Assembly: GCA_964406665.1 (NCBI GenBank)
Contig: CAYOSQ010000008.1
Location: 3,933-67,932 of the forward strand
Length of the DNA: 64,000 bases
Reading direction: 5' to 3'
DNA from: an uncultured Planctomycetia bacterium
Lineage (GTDB): Bacteria > Omnitrophota > Gorgyraeia > VGKH01 > JBHPFN01
The notes below the pieces were generated by a model. That model ran no database searches. It had not been told where the DNA came from and saw nothing but the letters and a program-made list of their open reading frames with translations. Position numbers and translations under genes: made by a program. Below, piece by piece: positions 1 to 8,859 of this stretch. Numbering within the stretch: the first letter of the stretch is position 1; each line of letters opens with the position of its first letter.

Positions 1-551
1 AAGATTTAAATGTTCATTATTTTAATAAGTTTGATGGTGCAGCGTATGCTCGGCAAATTGATACAACCAGAAAACTATCTTTAGAAGAATCTGTTAGAAT
101 AATTGATACTAAGAAAACCGCAAGACTTTTTGCTGATTTAGAACTAATAGAATCAAGAATAGATGATGATTTTGTTATCTATAAAATGAAAATTGTTTTT
201 AATAATACAGGGAATAAGCCAGCTACTAATGTTCTGGGTATGTTTTTATTTGATTATACTAAGAAAGAAAATAAGAAGGAAAATATCGAAGTAGAGTTTT
301 TTGATACACATAATATTACGGAAACCTCGATTATTAATACTTGCTCTAAAAGTTTTCAACAAAATTTTAACCAGCTTTTTTATCCAGGACGACCTGTAGT
401 TGTTGGTTTCTTCACGGTTAGATTTTTGAGAGCAGCACCGATTCAGTTGATTCTTGAAATAGATGAACAATATAGTCGCTCCAAGCAAGCGTTTGTTTTT
501 ACTGAAGTTGAATTTAATAAGCTTTCAAAGAATTTTTCTTTATATCATTAG
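1..551 (+). CDS. hypothetical protein, 5'-truncated by the window edge (the annotated ORF 186..551 is only the part after an internal Met)
   Basis: Translation in the frame beginning at nt 3 runs without a stop codon into the ATG at 186, so the gene begins upstream of the window. No recognisable motif. Confidence 0.45.
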   Translation, partial: DLNVHYFNKFDGAAYARQIDTTRKLSLEESVRIIDTKKTARLFADLELIESRIDDDFVIYKMKIVFNNTGNKPATNVLGMFLFDYTKKENKKENIEVEFFDTHNITETSIINTCSKSFQQNFNQLFYPGRPVVVGFFTVRFLRAAPIQLILEIDEQYSRSKQAFVFTEVEFNKLSKNFSLYH

Positions 552-707
552 AAAAAAAGGAATAAAAGGGACGGTATTAATTAATTCAACGAAATTCCGG
601 GGACATACATTTAATTCGATGATAGGTACACCTGCTCGCTTAGCTCGCGGGTGTTGGCTTCTGCTGCATGTAGAACGAAGGCAGAAGCCTAAGGTTTAAA
701 TATTAAT

Positions 708-1082
708 ATGACCAAAAGAGATATTAAATATATTGTTATTTTCGCTGCGATTGGATTGCTTATCGTTACCTTCGGGCTTTTAAGGGTAGAGTTTGGATTT
801 TTGCAGGAAGAATCAATAGATTTAGTGCTTTGGGTTTTAGGCGGACCGGTTAGCTTAAGCGTAGTTTATATTAGCTTGGGCGACATAACTGCTTCAATTC
901 TATTTGTTGTCTACTATTGTTTTCTGGGATTATTGATTTCACGGCTGTTGCTTTTAAAAAGAAAGTCTCTAAAGATATGTTTGATTTTTGCGCTTATTGT
1001 TCTACAGGCATATATAGGATACTCTGCCAGTGAAATTTTTAAACAAAAGCTTACGCGGGCATTAGAGAGTTTAGTTAAGTAG
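708..1082 (+). CDS. small integral membrane protein, unknown function
   Basis: 124 aa with 3-4 hydrophobic helices (IVIFAAIGLLIVTFGLL, LVLWVLGGPVSLSVVYISLG, ILFVVYYCFLGLLISRLL, ICLIFALIVLQAYIGY). It lacks CrcB/Fluc signature motifs. Confidence 0.45.
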   Translation: MTKRDIKYIVIFAAIGLLIVTFGLLRVEFGFLQEESIDLVLWVLGGPVSLSVVYISLGDITASILFVVYYCFLGLLISRLLLLKRKSLKICLIFALIVLQAYIGYSASEIFKQKLTRALESLVK

Positions 1083-1088
1083 ATTTTT

Positions 1089-1390
1089 GGGACGTGTCTA
1101 CCAACAGGTAGGCACGTCCCAAGTTGATGATTTAGCCCCGCAAAAGGCGCGGGATTGAGCATTTCTTATAATTTACATTCCTGCGACTTTCAGTCGCTGT
1201 CTGTAAATTATGAAATGCTCTAAAGTTCCGGCCGTTGGCTTCCGCCATTGATGCGGTGGCGGGCTCATTTAAGGAAACTCCTGTTCAGTCACTAGGTCGT
1301 GACTTCGCGGAGTAAATTCGCGTGGTTGACTTGACGTTCCTGCGACCTTCGGTCGCTGTCCGTAAGTCAGACGCTCATTTAGGGAGGGTA
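1089..1390. other. GC-rich hairpin-dense intergenic element: candidate structured ncRNA or REP-like repeat; strand undetermined
   Basis: A 14-bp hairpin at 1089-1120 (gggacgtgtctacc / aaca / ggtaggcacgtccc, one GU pair). A 64-nt extended hairpin at 1157-1220 (gagcatttc...gaaatgctc enclosing ataatttaca/tgtaaattat and gcgac/gtcgc). A 30-nt unit ttcctgcgacNttcNgtcgctgtcNgtaa present twice (1178-1207 and 1337-1366). Further stems at 1137-1153, 1282-1296 and 1328-1368. Local GC is clearly above the flanking genes, and the hairpins are not followed by U-runs. Confidence 0.35.
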
Positions 1391-1392
1391 AA

Positions 1393-1773
1393 ATGTCGCT
1401 AGAGATAAATGTTGTTGAGAAAAAAGATAATGTTTTTTTGGTTAATTTAAAAGGCTCTCTTGATTCTGATACGAGCAAAGACCTAAAAACCAGTTTAAAA
1501 GAAATTATTAAGCAAGAAACAAAAGCAGTAATTCTTGATATGGGAGGCCTTGATTATATAAGTAGTGTAGGCATAGGTGTTGTTATGTGGGCAAAAAAAA
1601 CTTTAGAAGAACAGTATAATACTTTCGCTATGGTAAATTTACAGCCTAAAATTAAGAATATCTTTGATGTAATGAAACTGCTTCCTATAATGAACATATT
1701 CCAGGAGATGCCCGAAGCAGATAAGTATATTGATCAGATAATAAACGAAGAAATGCAAAGGGAGGATATATGA
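1393..1773 (+). CDS. STAS-domain anti-sigma-factor antagonist (SpoIIAA-like)
   Basis: 126 aa with the typical STAS/SpoIIAA layout (VILDMGGLDYISSVGIGVV). A strong Shine-Dalgarno (agggaggg) lies 6 nt upstream. The stop overlaps the next start (ATGA). Confidence 0.8.
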   Translation: MSLEINVVEKKDNVFLVNLKGSLDSDTSKDLKTSLKEIIKQETKAVILDMGGLDYISSVGIGVVMWAKKTLEEQYNTFAMVNLQPKIKNIFDVMKLLPIMNIFQEMPEADKYIDQIINEEMQREDI

Positions 1774-2789
1774 AACTTAAGATCTCTTTTGTTGATATAG
1801 AAGATCAATGGGAGATTGATCATCTTAAAGGGCAATTAGAAGATGTAGCCCAGATAAAGAATTTCAAAGAGACGGCAGATCTTGTTCTTGAGAAAATCAA
1901 AGATACTGAAGTACTCTCAACATTTATTAATTCAAAAGTTAACAACAAAGTTATTGATGCCCTGCCTAATCTAAAACTCATAGCAACACGCTCCACCGGA
2001 TTTGATCACATAGATGCAGAATATGCAAAGTCAAAAGGAATAGTAGTTACAAATGTTCCAACTTATGGAGAAAATACTGTTGCAGAACATACCTTTGCTC
2101 TTATTTTATCACTAGCTAGAAACCTTAAAAAGGCACATTTAAAGGCTGATGAGGGTGATTTTTCTATAAAAGATTTAATGGGTTTTGATCTAAAGGGGAA
2201 AACATTAGGTGTTGTAGGAACCGGGCACATTGGTTTGCGAGTAATAAAAATAGCTGTGGGATTTGGTATGAAGGTTATAGCATTTAGCCGTACTGCAAAT
2301 CAGTTCTTATCAGAAGTTTTAGGATATGAGATCGTAGATCTGGAAACTCTTTTAAAAGAGTCGGACATTATAAGCCTGCATTGTCCTCACAACAAGCATA
2401 CTCATTATATGATTAACGAAAAGAACATTGAATTAATAAAAAAAGGAGCTGTTTTAATTAATACTGCACGAGGTGGATTGGTTGATTTAGGCGCACTTAC
2501 AAAAGCCCTGGATAAAAAAATACTTGCCGGTGCTGCCTTAGATGTCTTGGAAGAAGAAGGCATGATTATAGAAGATAAGCAGCTTTTATTGAGAAGAAAG
2601 AATGATTTGCAAAGTCCGGAAAAACTCCAACAGATGCTCAGAAGTGGTTTTCTTCTGAAAAGAAAAAATGTAATATTTACTCCACATATTGGTTTTTATT
2701 CGAAAGAGGCATTGCAGAGAATCTTAGATACTACAATAGATAATATTAAGAGTTATATGAAAGAAGCTCCTGTAAATACTGTTTGTTAG
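1770..2789 (+). CDS. ldhA: D-isomer-specific 2-hydroxyacid dehydrogenase, D-lactate dehydrogenase-like
   Basis: 339 aa with a Rossmann GxGxxG motif (GVVGTGHIGLRV). LHCPHNKHTHYMIN / VLINTARGGLVD / FTPHIGF blocks align closely with E. coli LdhA. Confidence 0.75.
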   Translation: MKLKISFVDIEDQWEIDHLKGQLEDVAQIKNFKETADLVLEKIKDTEVLSTFINSKVNNKVIDALPNLKLIATRSTGFDHIDAEYAKSKGIVVTNVPTYGENTVAEHTFALILSLARNLKKAHLKADEGDFSIKDLMGFDLKGKTLGVVGTGHIGLRVIKIAVGFGMKVIAFSRTANQFLSEVLGYEIVDLETLLKESDIISLHCPHNKHTHYMINEKNIELIKKGAVLINTARGGLVDLGALTKALDKKILAGAALDVLEEEGMIIEDKQLLLRRKNDLQSPEKLQQMLRSGFLLKRKNVIFTPHIGFYSKEALQRILDTTIDNIKSYMKEAPVNTVC

Positions 2790-2908
2790 TTTTGTAGTTT
2801 AGTGCTACACTTATAATAAATTTCTGTATATAGGAGATGTTTTCGGGCGAGATATAGCTTAAGGCGCCCTAAACTATACAGATAAAGTGCCTTTAGGAGA
2901 AAAATACT

Positions 2909-3121
2909 ATGTCGATTGACGGTTACAAAGATTATCAACGTAGAGAATTCTGCAAGGATATTAAGTGTCCTGTACAGCTTAAGCTTGATGTTCAAGATGC
3001 CGGATCAGATGCTTACGAAGAAATACGAGCCATCTGTAAATCAGATTGCAGGTATACAACATTTCAGTTTCATCATTGGCTTATCGATAAGGGTTATCAG
3101 ATAGTAAGGCCAGAAAAATAA
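2909..3121 (+). CDS. small Cys-rich protein (70 aa), unknown function
   Basis: ATG with RBS taggag 8 nt upstream. Six Cys (CKDIKCPVQ...CKSDCRYTT), consistent with a metal-binding ribbon. Preferred over the overlapping TTG-initiated ORF 2916..3104. Confidence 0.45.
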   Translation: MSIDGYKDYQRREFCKDIKCPVQLKLDVQDAGSDAYEEIRAICKSDCRYTTFQFHHWLIDKGYQIVRPEK

Positions 3122-3150
3122 CGATATTTTCTAAAAGAGGAGCGAATATA

Positions 3151-3939
3151 ATGGATTGGGGAATAGAAAATAGATTGCATAGACTTATGCCTGACGGTAA
3201 GTGTTTTTTTATGCCGATTGACCATGGATATTTTCAGGGTCCAACGCGCTGTCTTGAGAAACCCGGGGAAACCATCAAGCCGTTGCTTCCTTACGTTGAT
3301 GCGATTTTTTGCACTAGAGGAGTGTTGCGTTCGGCAATAGACGCTGCAATTGATAAGCCTATTGTGCTTAGGGTTTCAGGGTGTACGAGTATTATAGGAC
3401 AAGATCTTGCCAATGAAGAGATTACTACTTCTATCGAAGAGGTTATTCGTGTGAACGCAGCTGCGGTAGGGATTTCAATTTTTGTGGGAAGCGAGTACGA
3501 GCGCCAGACATTACTGAATCTTTCTAAAATGGTTAATGACTGTGAGCATTATGGTATCCCTGTAATGGCCGTGACTGCCGTGGGCAGAGAAATGGAGAAA
3601 AGGGATGCACGTTATCTAGCACTCTGTTGCCGTATTGCTGCAGAGCTGGGCGCACGGGTAGTTAAGACGTACTGGTGTGAAGATTTTCAAAAGGTTGTCC
3701 AAGGTTGTCCAGTGCCGGTGATTATGGCTGGAGGTCCTAAGTGTAAGAACGAAAAGGAAGTATTTGATTTTGTTCATGACGGAATGAAAAAGGGCGCTAT
3801 TGGTATTAATTTAGGAAGAAACGTTTGGCAGAGTCCTCATCCTGTTGCAATGGCTAAGGCACTGTATGCGATTATTCATGAAAATGCCTCAGTCAAAAAG
3901 GCTGTTGCAATCTTTAATCAAACCAAAAAAAGTAAATAA
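3151..3939 (+). CDS. class I aldolase of the DhnA/FbaB/LsrF (DeoC-LacD) family
   Basis: 262 aa TIM-barrel aldolase signature with a Schiff-base Lys context (GARVVKTYW). Resembles fructose-bisphosphate aldolase class I / ADH synthase / LsrF. The exact substrate is not assignable. Confidence 0.7.
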   Translation: MDWGIENRLHRLMPDGKCFFMPIDHGYFQGPTRCLEKPGETIKPLLPYVDAIFCTRGVLRSAIDAAIDKPIVLRVSGCTSIIGQDLANEEITTSIEEVIRVNAAAVGISIFVGSEYERQTLLNLSKMVNDCEHYGIPVMAVTAVGREMEKRDARYLALCCRIAAELGARVVKTYWCEDFQKVVQGCPVPVIMAGGPKCKNEKEVFDFVHDGMKKGAIGINLGRNVWQSPHPVAMAKALYAIIHENASVKKAVAIFNQTKKSK

Positions 3940-3941
3940 AT

Positions 3942-4943
3942 ATGCGCGTTGCAGTTTATCACAATAATCGCGACATTCGTATCGAAGAGATGTCGATTCC
4001 TGTCATTGGGCCTGGGGAGATTTTAGTTAAGGTTCTCGCCAGCGGCATTTGCGGTACTGATGTAATGCAGTGGTATAGAATCAAAAAAGCCCCCCGTATA
4101 CTAGGCCATGAAATTGCCGGTATCATCTCCGAGTCCCAATCTCCACAATTTAAAAAAGGTCAGAGAGTTTTTGTCAGCCATCACGTTCCTTGTAATGAAT
4201 GCAAGCATTGCCTGGCAGGAAATCACACCGCGTGTGAAACATTACATACAGGTAATTATGACCCCGGAGGATATAGTGAATTTGTCCGCGTACCCCTTCT
4301 TAACGTAGAACGGGGCGTGTATGTATTGTCTGACGAAGTATCTTTTGATGAAGGCACTATGATTGAGCCCTTAGCCTGTGCGGTAAGGGGTTTACGGGTA
4401 ATTGGTGTAAAGAAAAATCATACGGTATTGATTTTAGGAAGCGGCGTATCCGGACTGTTGAATATTCAATTAGCCAAACAAAAAGGCGCCCATGTTATCG
4501 CAACGGATATCAATAAATATCGATTAGGCAAGGCAAAAGAATTTGGCGCGGATGAAGTAATCGATGCCCGAGAGGAATTATCTGTTAAGGCAGACCGGAT
4601 TATTATTTGTACGGGAGCGATGGAGGCGGCGGGGCAGGCATTTCGCAACATCGAGAGAAAAGGTATAATACTTTTTTTTGCAATTCCTAATCAAGATGTT
4701 GCAATTCCGATTGTTGATTTTTGGAGGAATGAAATAACGGTTACCTCATCGTATGGCGCTGCTCCCCTAGATTTAGAAGAGGCGATTGAACTTATACAAA
4801 GCAAAAAAGTAAACGTCAAGGATGTAATAACACATAGTTTTCCTTTAGAGAGGATTCAAGAAGGGTTTGAAATAGTTTCTACCGCTAAAGAATCTTTAAA
4901 AGTTGTTGTTGAACCGAATGAAGAGAGAGAAGAAATATCTTGA
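3942..4943 (+). CDS. Zn-dependent medium-chain alcohol/polyol dehydrogenase (threonine/sorbitol dehydrogenase family)
   Basis: Catalytic-Zn motif GHEIAGII. Structural-Zn Cys cluster CNECKHCLAGNHTAC. NAD(P) fold GSGVSGL. Confidence 0.8.
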   Translation: MRVAVYHNNRDIRIEEMSIPVIGPGEILVKVLASGICGTDVMQWYRIKKAPRILGHEIAGIISESQSPQFKKGQRVFVSHHVPCNECKHCLAGNHTACETLHTGNYDPGGYSEFVRVPLLNVERGVYVLSDEVSFDEGTMIEPLACAVRGLRVIGVKKNHTVLILGSGVSGLLNIQLAKQKGAHVIATDINKYRLGKAKEFGADEVIDAREELSVKADRIIICTGAMEAAGQAFRNIERKGIILFFAIPNQDVAIPIVDFWRNEITVTSSYGAAPLDLEEAIELIQSKKVNVKDVITHSFPLERIQEGFEIVSTAKESLKVVVEPNEEREEIS

Positions 4944-5013
4944 CATAATGATACTACAGCAGTATCATTATATCTTAAGTTAAATATTTACTTTTATGTA
5001 AAGGAGGCAGGAA

Positions 5014-5529
5014 GTGAAGAAAACGTATTTAATTTTTGGTTTTATTTTGGTTTTATTGTTGGGTTTTGTTTTATGCTCAGCAGTTGATTTGTTAGCTCAG
5101 CCGGCGGATGAAGAGGAGGAAGAGGAGATAATGGCACGTCCGAATCCTATGGAACATACAACAAAGGGTGGCTCGAAAGTAATGTTGAAAGAGATGCCTT
5201 TTAGAGGTGCTGCTGATCCAGGTGCAAATGAAGTTGGAGTTCCAGCAACACAATTAACCGGTGAAACACAAGGTAAAGTAAATACCGAGCAACAAGGACA
5301 GGTTAAATCAACAGGTCAGGCAAGTGTCGAAGGGGTAGCCGGAGAAAGTCCGGTTACAAGTTCTGCTGCTAGTGCATTCGGTTGGGATTCAGGAACCAAA
5401 GGCCCTGTAGGTGGAGATCCGGTAAATCCAGCGGCAGATGTTAGCTGGGATCCTACAGATATTAATGCTGATGTAAGCAGTTTTGGAAATACAGCTAATC
5501 AGGCAGGATACGTCGGAGAAGGTTTTTAA
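5014..5529 (+). CDS. secreted low-complexity protein (signal peptide, acidic Glu-run, Gly/Ser/Thr-rich)
   Basis: N-terminal MKKTYLIFGFILVLLLGFVLCSA signal. EEEEEE run. No enzymatic motif. Confidence 0.45.
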   Translation: MKKTYLIFGFILVLLLGFVLCSAVDLLAQPADEEEEEEIMARPNPMEHTTKGGSKVMLKEMPFRGAADPGANEVGVPATQLTGETQGKVNTEQQGQVKSTGQASVEGVAGESPVTSSAASAFGWDSGTKGPVGGDPVNPAADVSWDPTDINADVSSFGNTANQAGYVGEGF

Positions 5530-5572
5530 TCATTTCGATTAAATTTGGCTTAAAAGATTTTTTGTTTTAAAG

Positions 5573-5600
5573 TTGACAGCTGTATAGTTTTTGATAGAAT
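5573..5600 (+). promoter_or_regulatory. sigma-70-like promoter upstream of pflB (ttgaca-16-tagaat)
   Basis: ttgaca at 5573-5578, 16-nt spacer, tagaat at 5595-5600. Confidence 0.4.
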
Positions 5601-5681
5601 TAAATAACAATTTGGAGAAAGCGCAACCGGCGGTAAACATGGGAAACCATGGAGGAGCGCTTTAAAAAAATAGAAAAATCG

Positions 5682-5724
5682 AACGCCTGGGTTTTTAAAA
5701 ACTCGGGCGTTTTTATTTTTTTTC
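5682..5724 (+). terminator. intrinsic-terminator-like hairpin plus U-run inside the pflB leader (putative attenuator)
   Basis: aacgcc / loop / ggcgtt stem at 5682-5711 followed by ttttattttttttc. It sits between the promoter and the pflB RBS (caaggagg, 5725-5732). It is preceded by a long hairpin at 5618-5663 (aaagcgc...gcgcttt with inner catgg-gaaa-ccatg). Confidence 0.4.
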
Positions 5725-5737
5725 AAGGAGGTGCGCA

Positions 5738-7948
5738 ATGCATTTAAGAGGAAGATGGGATAAAACAATTGATGTAAGAGATTTTATTAACAGAAATTAT
5801 ACTCCCTATGATGGCGACGAGACTTTTTTAAGCGGTCCAACCAAAAGGACTAACAAATTATGGGATAAATGTCTTAAGCTTTATGATGAGGAGCACAAAA
5901 GAGGCGGAGTTTATGATGTGGATGTTTCAACCGTATCTACAGTTACCAGTCACAAAGCAGGCTACATTGACAAAGACAAGGAAATCATTAAGGGATTGCA
6001 GACTGATAAACCGCTAAAAAGGGCTATAAAGCCATTAGGCGGAATACGCGTAGTTGAACAAGCATGTAAAGATTATGGTTATGAGTTAGATAGTAGAATT
6101 AAAGAAATATATCTTAAGTATCGCAAGACACATAATGATGTGGTGTTTGATTCTTATACTGAAGATGTTATGAAAGCCAGGCACTCAGGGCTTATCACGG
6201 GTTTGCCGGATAATTATTCCCGGGGAAGAATTATCGGAGATTATAGAAGGGTTGCTTTATATGGCATTGATAAGCTTATTAAGGCGAAGAAGCATGATAA
6301 GAAATTATTTGAGGATTATTCTTCACAACAGGCAATTCGCTTAAGAGAAGAAATCGCCGAACAAATAAATGCCTTAGAAGATATTATTACTTTAGGCAAG
6401 ATATATGATTGCGATCTGACCCGTCCGGCTGAGAATGCTCAAGAAGCAATCCAATGGACATATTTAGCATATCTTGCATCGATTAAAGAACAGGATGGGG
6501 CTGCGATGAGCTTAGGAAGTGTGAGCAACTTTTTTGATGTCTATATCGAAAGAGATATTAAGAAAGGATTATTAACAGAAGATCAGGCTCAGGAATTAGT
6601 AGATGATTTTGTAATAAAATTAAGGATGGTTAGGCATCTGCGTTCTAAGTCTTACTCTGAAATATTCGCCGGTGATCCGGTATGGGTTACAGAAAGCATT
6701 GCCGGTGTTGGCGTCGATGGAAGGCATAAGGTAACAAAAACATCGTATAGATTTTTGCAGACTCTGTTTAATTTAGGCCCGGCACCGGAGCCGAATTTGA
6801 CAGTGCTCTGGTCAAGTAGACTTCCGGATAATTTTAAAAGGTTTTGTGCCAAGGTTTCTATAAAGACAAGCTCAATCCAGTTTGAGAATGATGACATCAT
6901 GCGCTTAATCGGAGGAGATGATTATAGTATTTCTTGCTGTGTTTCTCTTTTAAAGAACGGAAGTGAGATGCAGTATTTTGGCGCCAGATGTAATCTGGGT
7001 AAAGTTTTATTGTATGCTTTAAACGAAGGTAGGGATGAGGTTACCGGAGAGAAGGTTGTCCCGGATATTTCACCGATAAAGACAAATCCGCTTGACCATG
7101 ATGAAGTAAAGCAGCGTTTTCTACAGGTTTTGCGCTGGACCACCAAAACATACATAGAGGCACTCAATATTATTCATTCAGTTCACGATGTTTATTATTA
7201 TGAAAGAGCTCAGATGGCTCTTTTAGATACTGAGCTTACCCGTTACATGGCTTTTGGAATTGCCGGATTGTCCGTTGTAGCAGATTCCTTAAGTGCAATT
7301 CGCTATGCAAAGGTTACTGCAATCCGTAACAAAAAAGGTTTAACCTCAGACTTTAAAATTGATGGTGATTTTTATGCCTTTGGTAATGACGATGATAGGG
7401 CCGATGGTAGAGCGGTGGATTTAGTTACTACTTTTCTCGCTGAAATTAAAAAGCATAAGCTTTACAGGGATTCTCTTCCGGCGGTTTCAATATTAACTAT
7501 TACTTCAAACGTAATGTATGGTAAAAAGACCGGCGCTACTCCGGATGGTAGAAAAAAAGGAGAGCCGTTTGCTCCGGGAGCAAACCCTATGCACGGAAGA
7601 GATAGAAACGGTATAATCGCATCTTTAAATTCTGTCGCCTGTATTCCTTATTCTGAGTGTAGAGACGGGATATCAAATACTTTTACTACTGTTCCTCAAA
7701 CTTTAGGTAAAACTCCCCAGGAGCAGATTTCTAACTTGGTAGGTTTGTTCGAGGGATATTTTATTAAGGGCGCACATCATTTAAATGTAAATGTTTTAGA
7801 TAAAGAAACGCTTAAAGATGCTATGAAGCATCCTCATAAATATCCGCAGTTAACTATAAGGGTGTCTGGTTATGCGGTTCACTTTACAAAGCTTTTGCCC
7901 GATCAGCAAAAAGAGGTGATAGCTAGAACGTTTCATGAAAGCATGTAG
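5738..7948 (+). CDS. pflB: pyruvate formate-lyase (formate C-acetyltransferase), glycyl-radical enzyme
   Basis: 736 aa. Active-site Cys pair ISCCVS. C-terminal glycyl-radical motif RVSGYAVHF. Immediately followed by the activase. Confidence 0.93.
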   Translation: MHLRGRWDKTIDVRDFINRNYTPYDGDETFLSGPTKRTNKLWDKCLKLYDEEHKRGGVYDVDVSTVSTVTSHKAGYIDKDKEIIKGLQTDKPLKRAIKPLGGIRVVEQACKDYGYELDSRIKEIYLKYRKTHNDVVFDSYTEDVMKARHSGLITGLPDNYSRGRIIGDYRRVALYGIDKLIKAKKHDKKLFEDYSSQQAIRLREEIAEQINALEDIITLGKIYDCDLTRPAENAQEAIQWTYLAYLASIKEQDGAAMSLGSVSNFFDVYIERDIKKGLLTEDQAQELVDDFVIKLRMVRHLRSKSYSEIFAGDPVWVTESIAGVGVDGRHKVTKTSYRFLQTLFNLGPAPEPNLTVLWSSRLPDNFKRFCAKVSIKTSSIQFENDDIMRLIGGDDYSISCCVSLLKNGSEMQYFGARCNLGKVLLYALNEGRDEVTGEKVVPDISPIKTNPLDHDEVKQRFLQVLRWTTKTYIEALNIIHSVHDVYYYERAQMALLDTELTRYMAFGIAGLSVVADSLSAIRYAKVTAIRNKKGLTSDFKIDGDFYAFGNDDDRADGRAVDLVTTFLAEIKKHKLYRDSLPAVSILTITSNVMYGKKTGATPDGRKKGEPFAPGANPMHGRDRNGIIASLNSVACIPYSECRDGISNTFTTVPQTLGKTPQEQISNLVGLFEGYFIKGAHHLNVNVLDKETLKDAMKHPHKYPQLTIRVSGYAVHFTKLLPDQQKEVIARTFHESM

Positions 7949-7953
7949 ATAGG

Positions 7954-8691
7954 ATGATAAAAGCAAAAGTACATTCTATAGAGACATTTGGTACTCAAGA
8001 AGGCCCAGGGATTCGTTTTCTCTTGTTTTTGCAGGGTTGTCTGGCAAGATGTCTTTATTGCCAGAATCCAGATACCTGGGAAATGGAATCTGACCTTGAA
8101 ATGGATGCCCAGGAAATATCTGATAGGCTCAGAAGATGCCTGCCTTATATAGAGTCTTCCTCAGGAGGAATTACTGTTTCAGGGGGAGAGCCACTTTTGC
8201 AGATTGATTTTCTTATTGAGCTGTTTAATATTTGCAGAAAAGAAAAGATACATACAGCAATAGATACCAGTGCTTTTTATGATAAAAAAGATAGTTTAAA
8301 GCTTGATAAGCTGATTGATATTACTGATCTTTTTATAGTGGATATTAAGGCTGCATCAGAGGAAATGCATAAAAAGATTACATCTAGAGAGCTTGAGCAG
8401 ACAAGGGATTTCTTAAATACACTGGAAAACAAGAAAAAACCTTTCTGGATTAGATATGTGCTTGTTCCCGGGCTTAATGATTCTTCAGAAGATATAATCG
8501 GGCTTAAGCAGATGCTTTCTCAGTTTACTTTCTGCCAAAAATTTGAATTTCTACCTTATCACACTTTGGGTAAACATAAATGGAAGCTTATGGGGTTGGA
8601 TTATTCTTTAAATAACACTTCGACAGCTACCTCTGAAGATGTCAAAAAGGCTGAGCAAATTCTAGGTGAAATCGTATATTCTCAAGCTTAA
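7954..8691 (+). CDS. pflA: pyruvate formate-lyase activating enzyme (radical SAM)
   Basis: CxxxCxxC motif CLARCLYCQN near the N-terminus. 245 aa, adjacent to pflB. Confidence 0.9.
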   Translation: MIKAKVHSIETFGTQEGPGIRFLLFLQGCLARCLYCQNPDTWEMESDLEMDAQEISDRLRRCLPYIESSSGGITVSGGEPLLQIDFLIELFNICRKEKIHTAIDTSAFYDKKDSLKLDKLIDITDLFIVDIKAASEEMHKKITSRELEQTRDFLNTLENKKKPFWIRYVLVPGLNDSSEDIIGLKQMLSQFTFCQKFEFLPYHTLGKHKWKLMGLDYSLNNTSTATSEDVKKAEQILGEIVYSQA

Positions 8692-8698
8692 CTATCGA

Positions 8699-8727
8699 TT
8701 GACTAATCTTCAATAATCTATTATAAT
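8699..8727 (+). promoter_or_regulatory. near-consensus sigma-70 promoter (ttgact-17-tataat) driving trxA and the split pta-ackA operon
   Basis: ttgact at 8699-8704, 17-nt spacer, tataat at 8722-8727. A 130-nt leader runs to the trxA start. Confidence 0.5.
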
Positions 8728-8859
8728 CTAACACATCTACCAGGTAGGCTTTTAGTAGAAAACTGTATATTTCAACGGGTTGGGAATCTGGGAGTCTAGA
8801 ATTTTATTTCCAAGCACCAACATAATTATTCAGCAAAAGCATTAAACGAAGGGAGTAAG

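Noticed and set aside
556-1082. Fluoride riboswitch plus CrcB/Fluc channel hypothesis for the hairpin plus 124-aa four-TM protein.
   Set aside because: The protein lacks the CrcB TxxxNxxGxF / TGFxGxxTTFSTF-type motifs, and the RNA lacks the crcB-motif conserved nucleotides.
1085-1392. Tried to match the structured element to tmRNA, RNase P RNA, SRP RNA, 6S RNA, T-box leader, and cobalamin or fluoride riboswitches.
   Set aside because: I could not find tRNA-like ends (GGTTCGANTCC), the tmRNA tag-ORF, the RNase P conserved P4 sequences, the T-box (AATTAGGGTGG) or the B12 box (GCCACTG). It is left as an unclassified structured element.
2916-3104. TTG-initiated ORF overlapping the 70-aa Cys-rich ORF in another frame.
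   Set aside because: The 2909 ATG has a proper taggag RBS and a coherent Cys pattern. The 2916 frame needs a TTG start and gives a hydrophobic low-complexity product.
4108-4308. Extra + strand ORFs in alternative frames inside the Zn-dependent dehydrogenase and pckG (4108..4308, 15780..15992), and the 25371..25607 ORF inside the NRAMP-family gene.
   Set aside because: They are out-of-frame overlaps with well-supported genes. They appear only where local GC is elevated or the sequence is repetitive, with no independent start signals.
8740-8760. The ctacc-a-ggtagg mini-palindrome in the trxA leader resembles the loop region of the 1089-1120 hairpin (ctacc-aaca-ggtagg).
   Set aside because: Only about 12 nt are shared. 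This is likely coincidence, and not enough to claim a repeat family.
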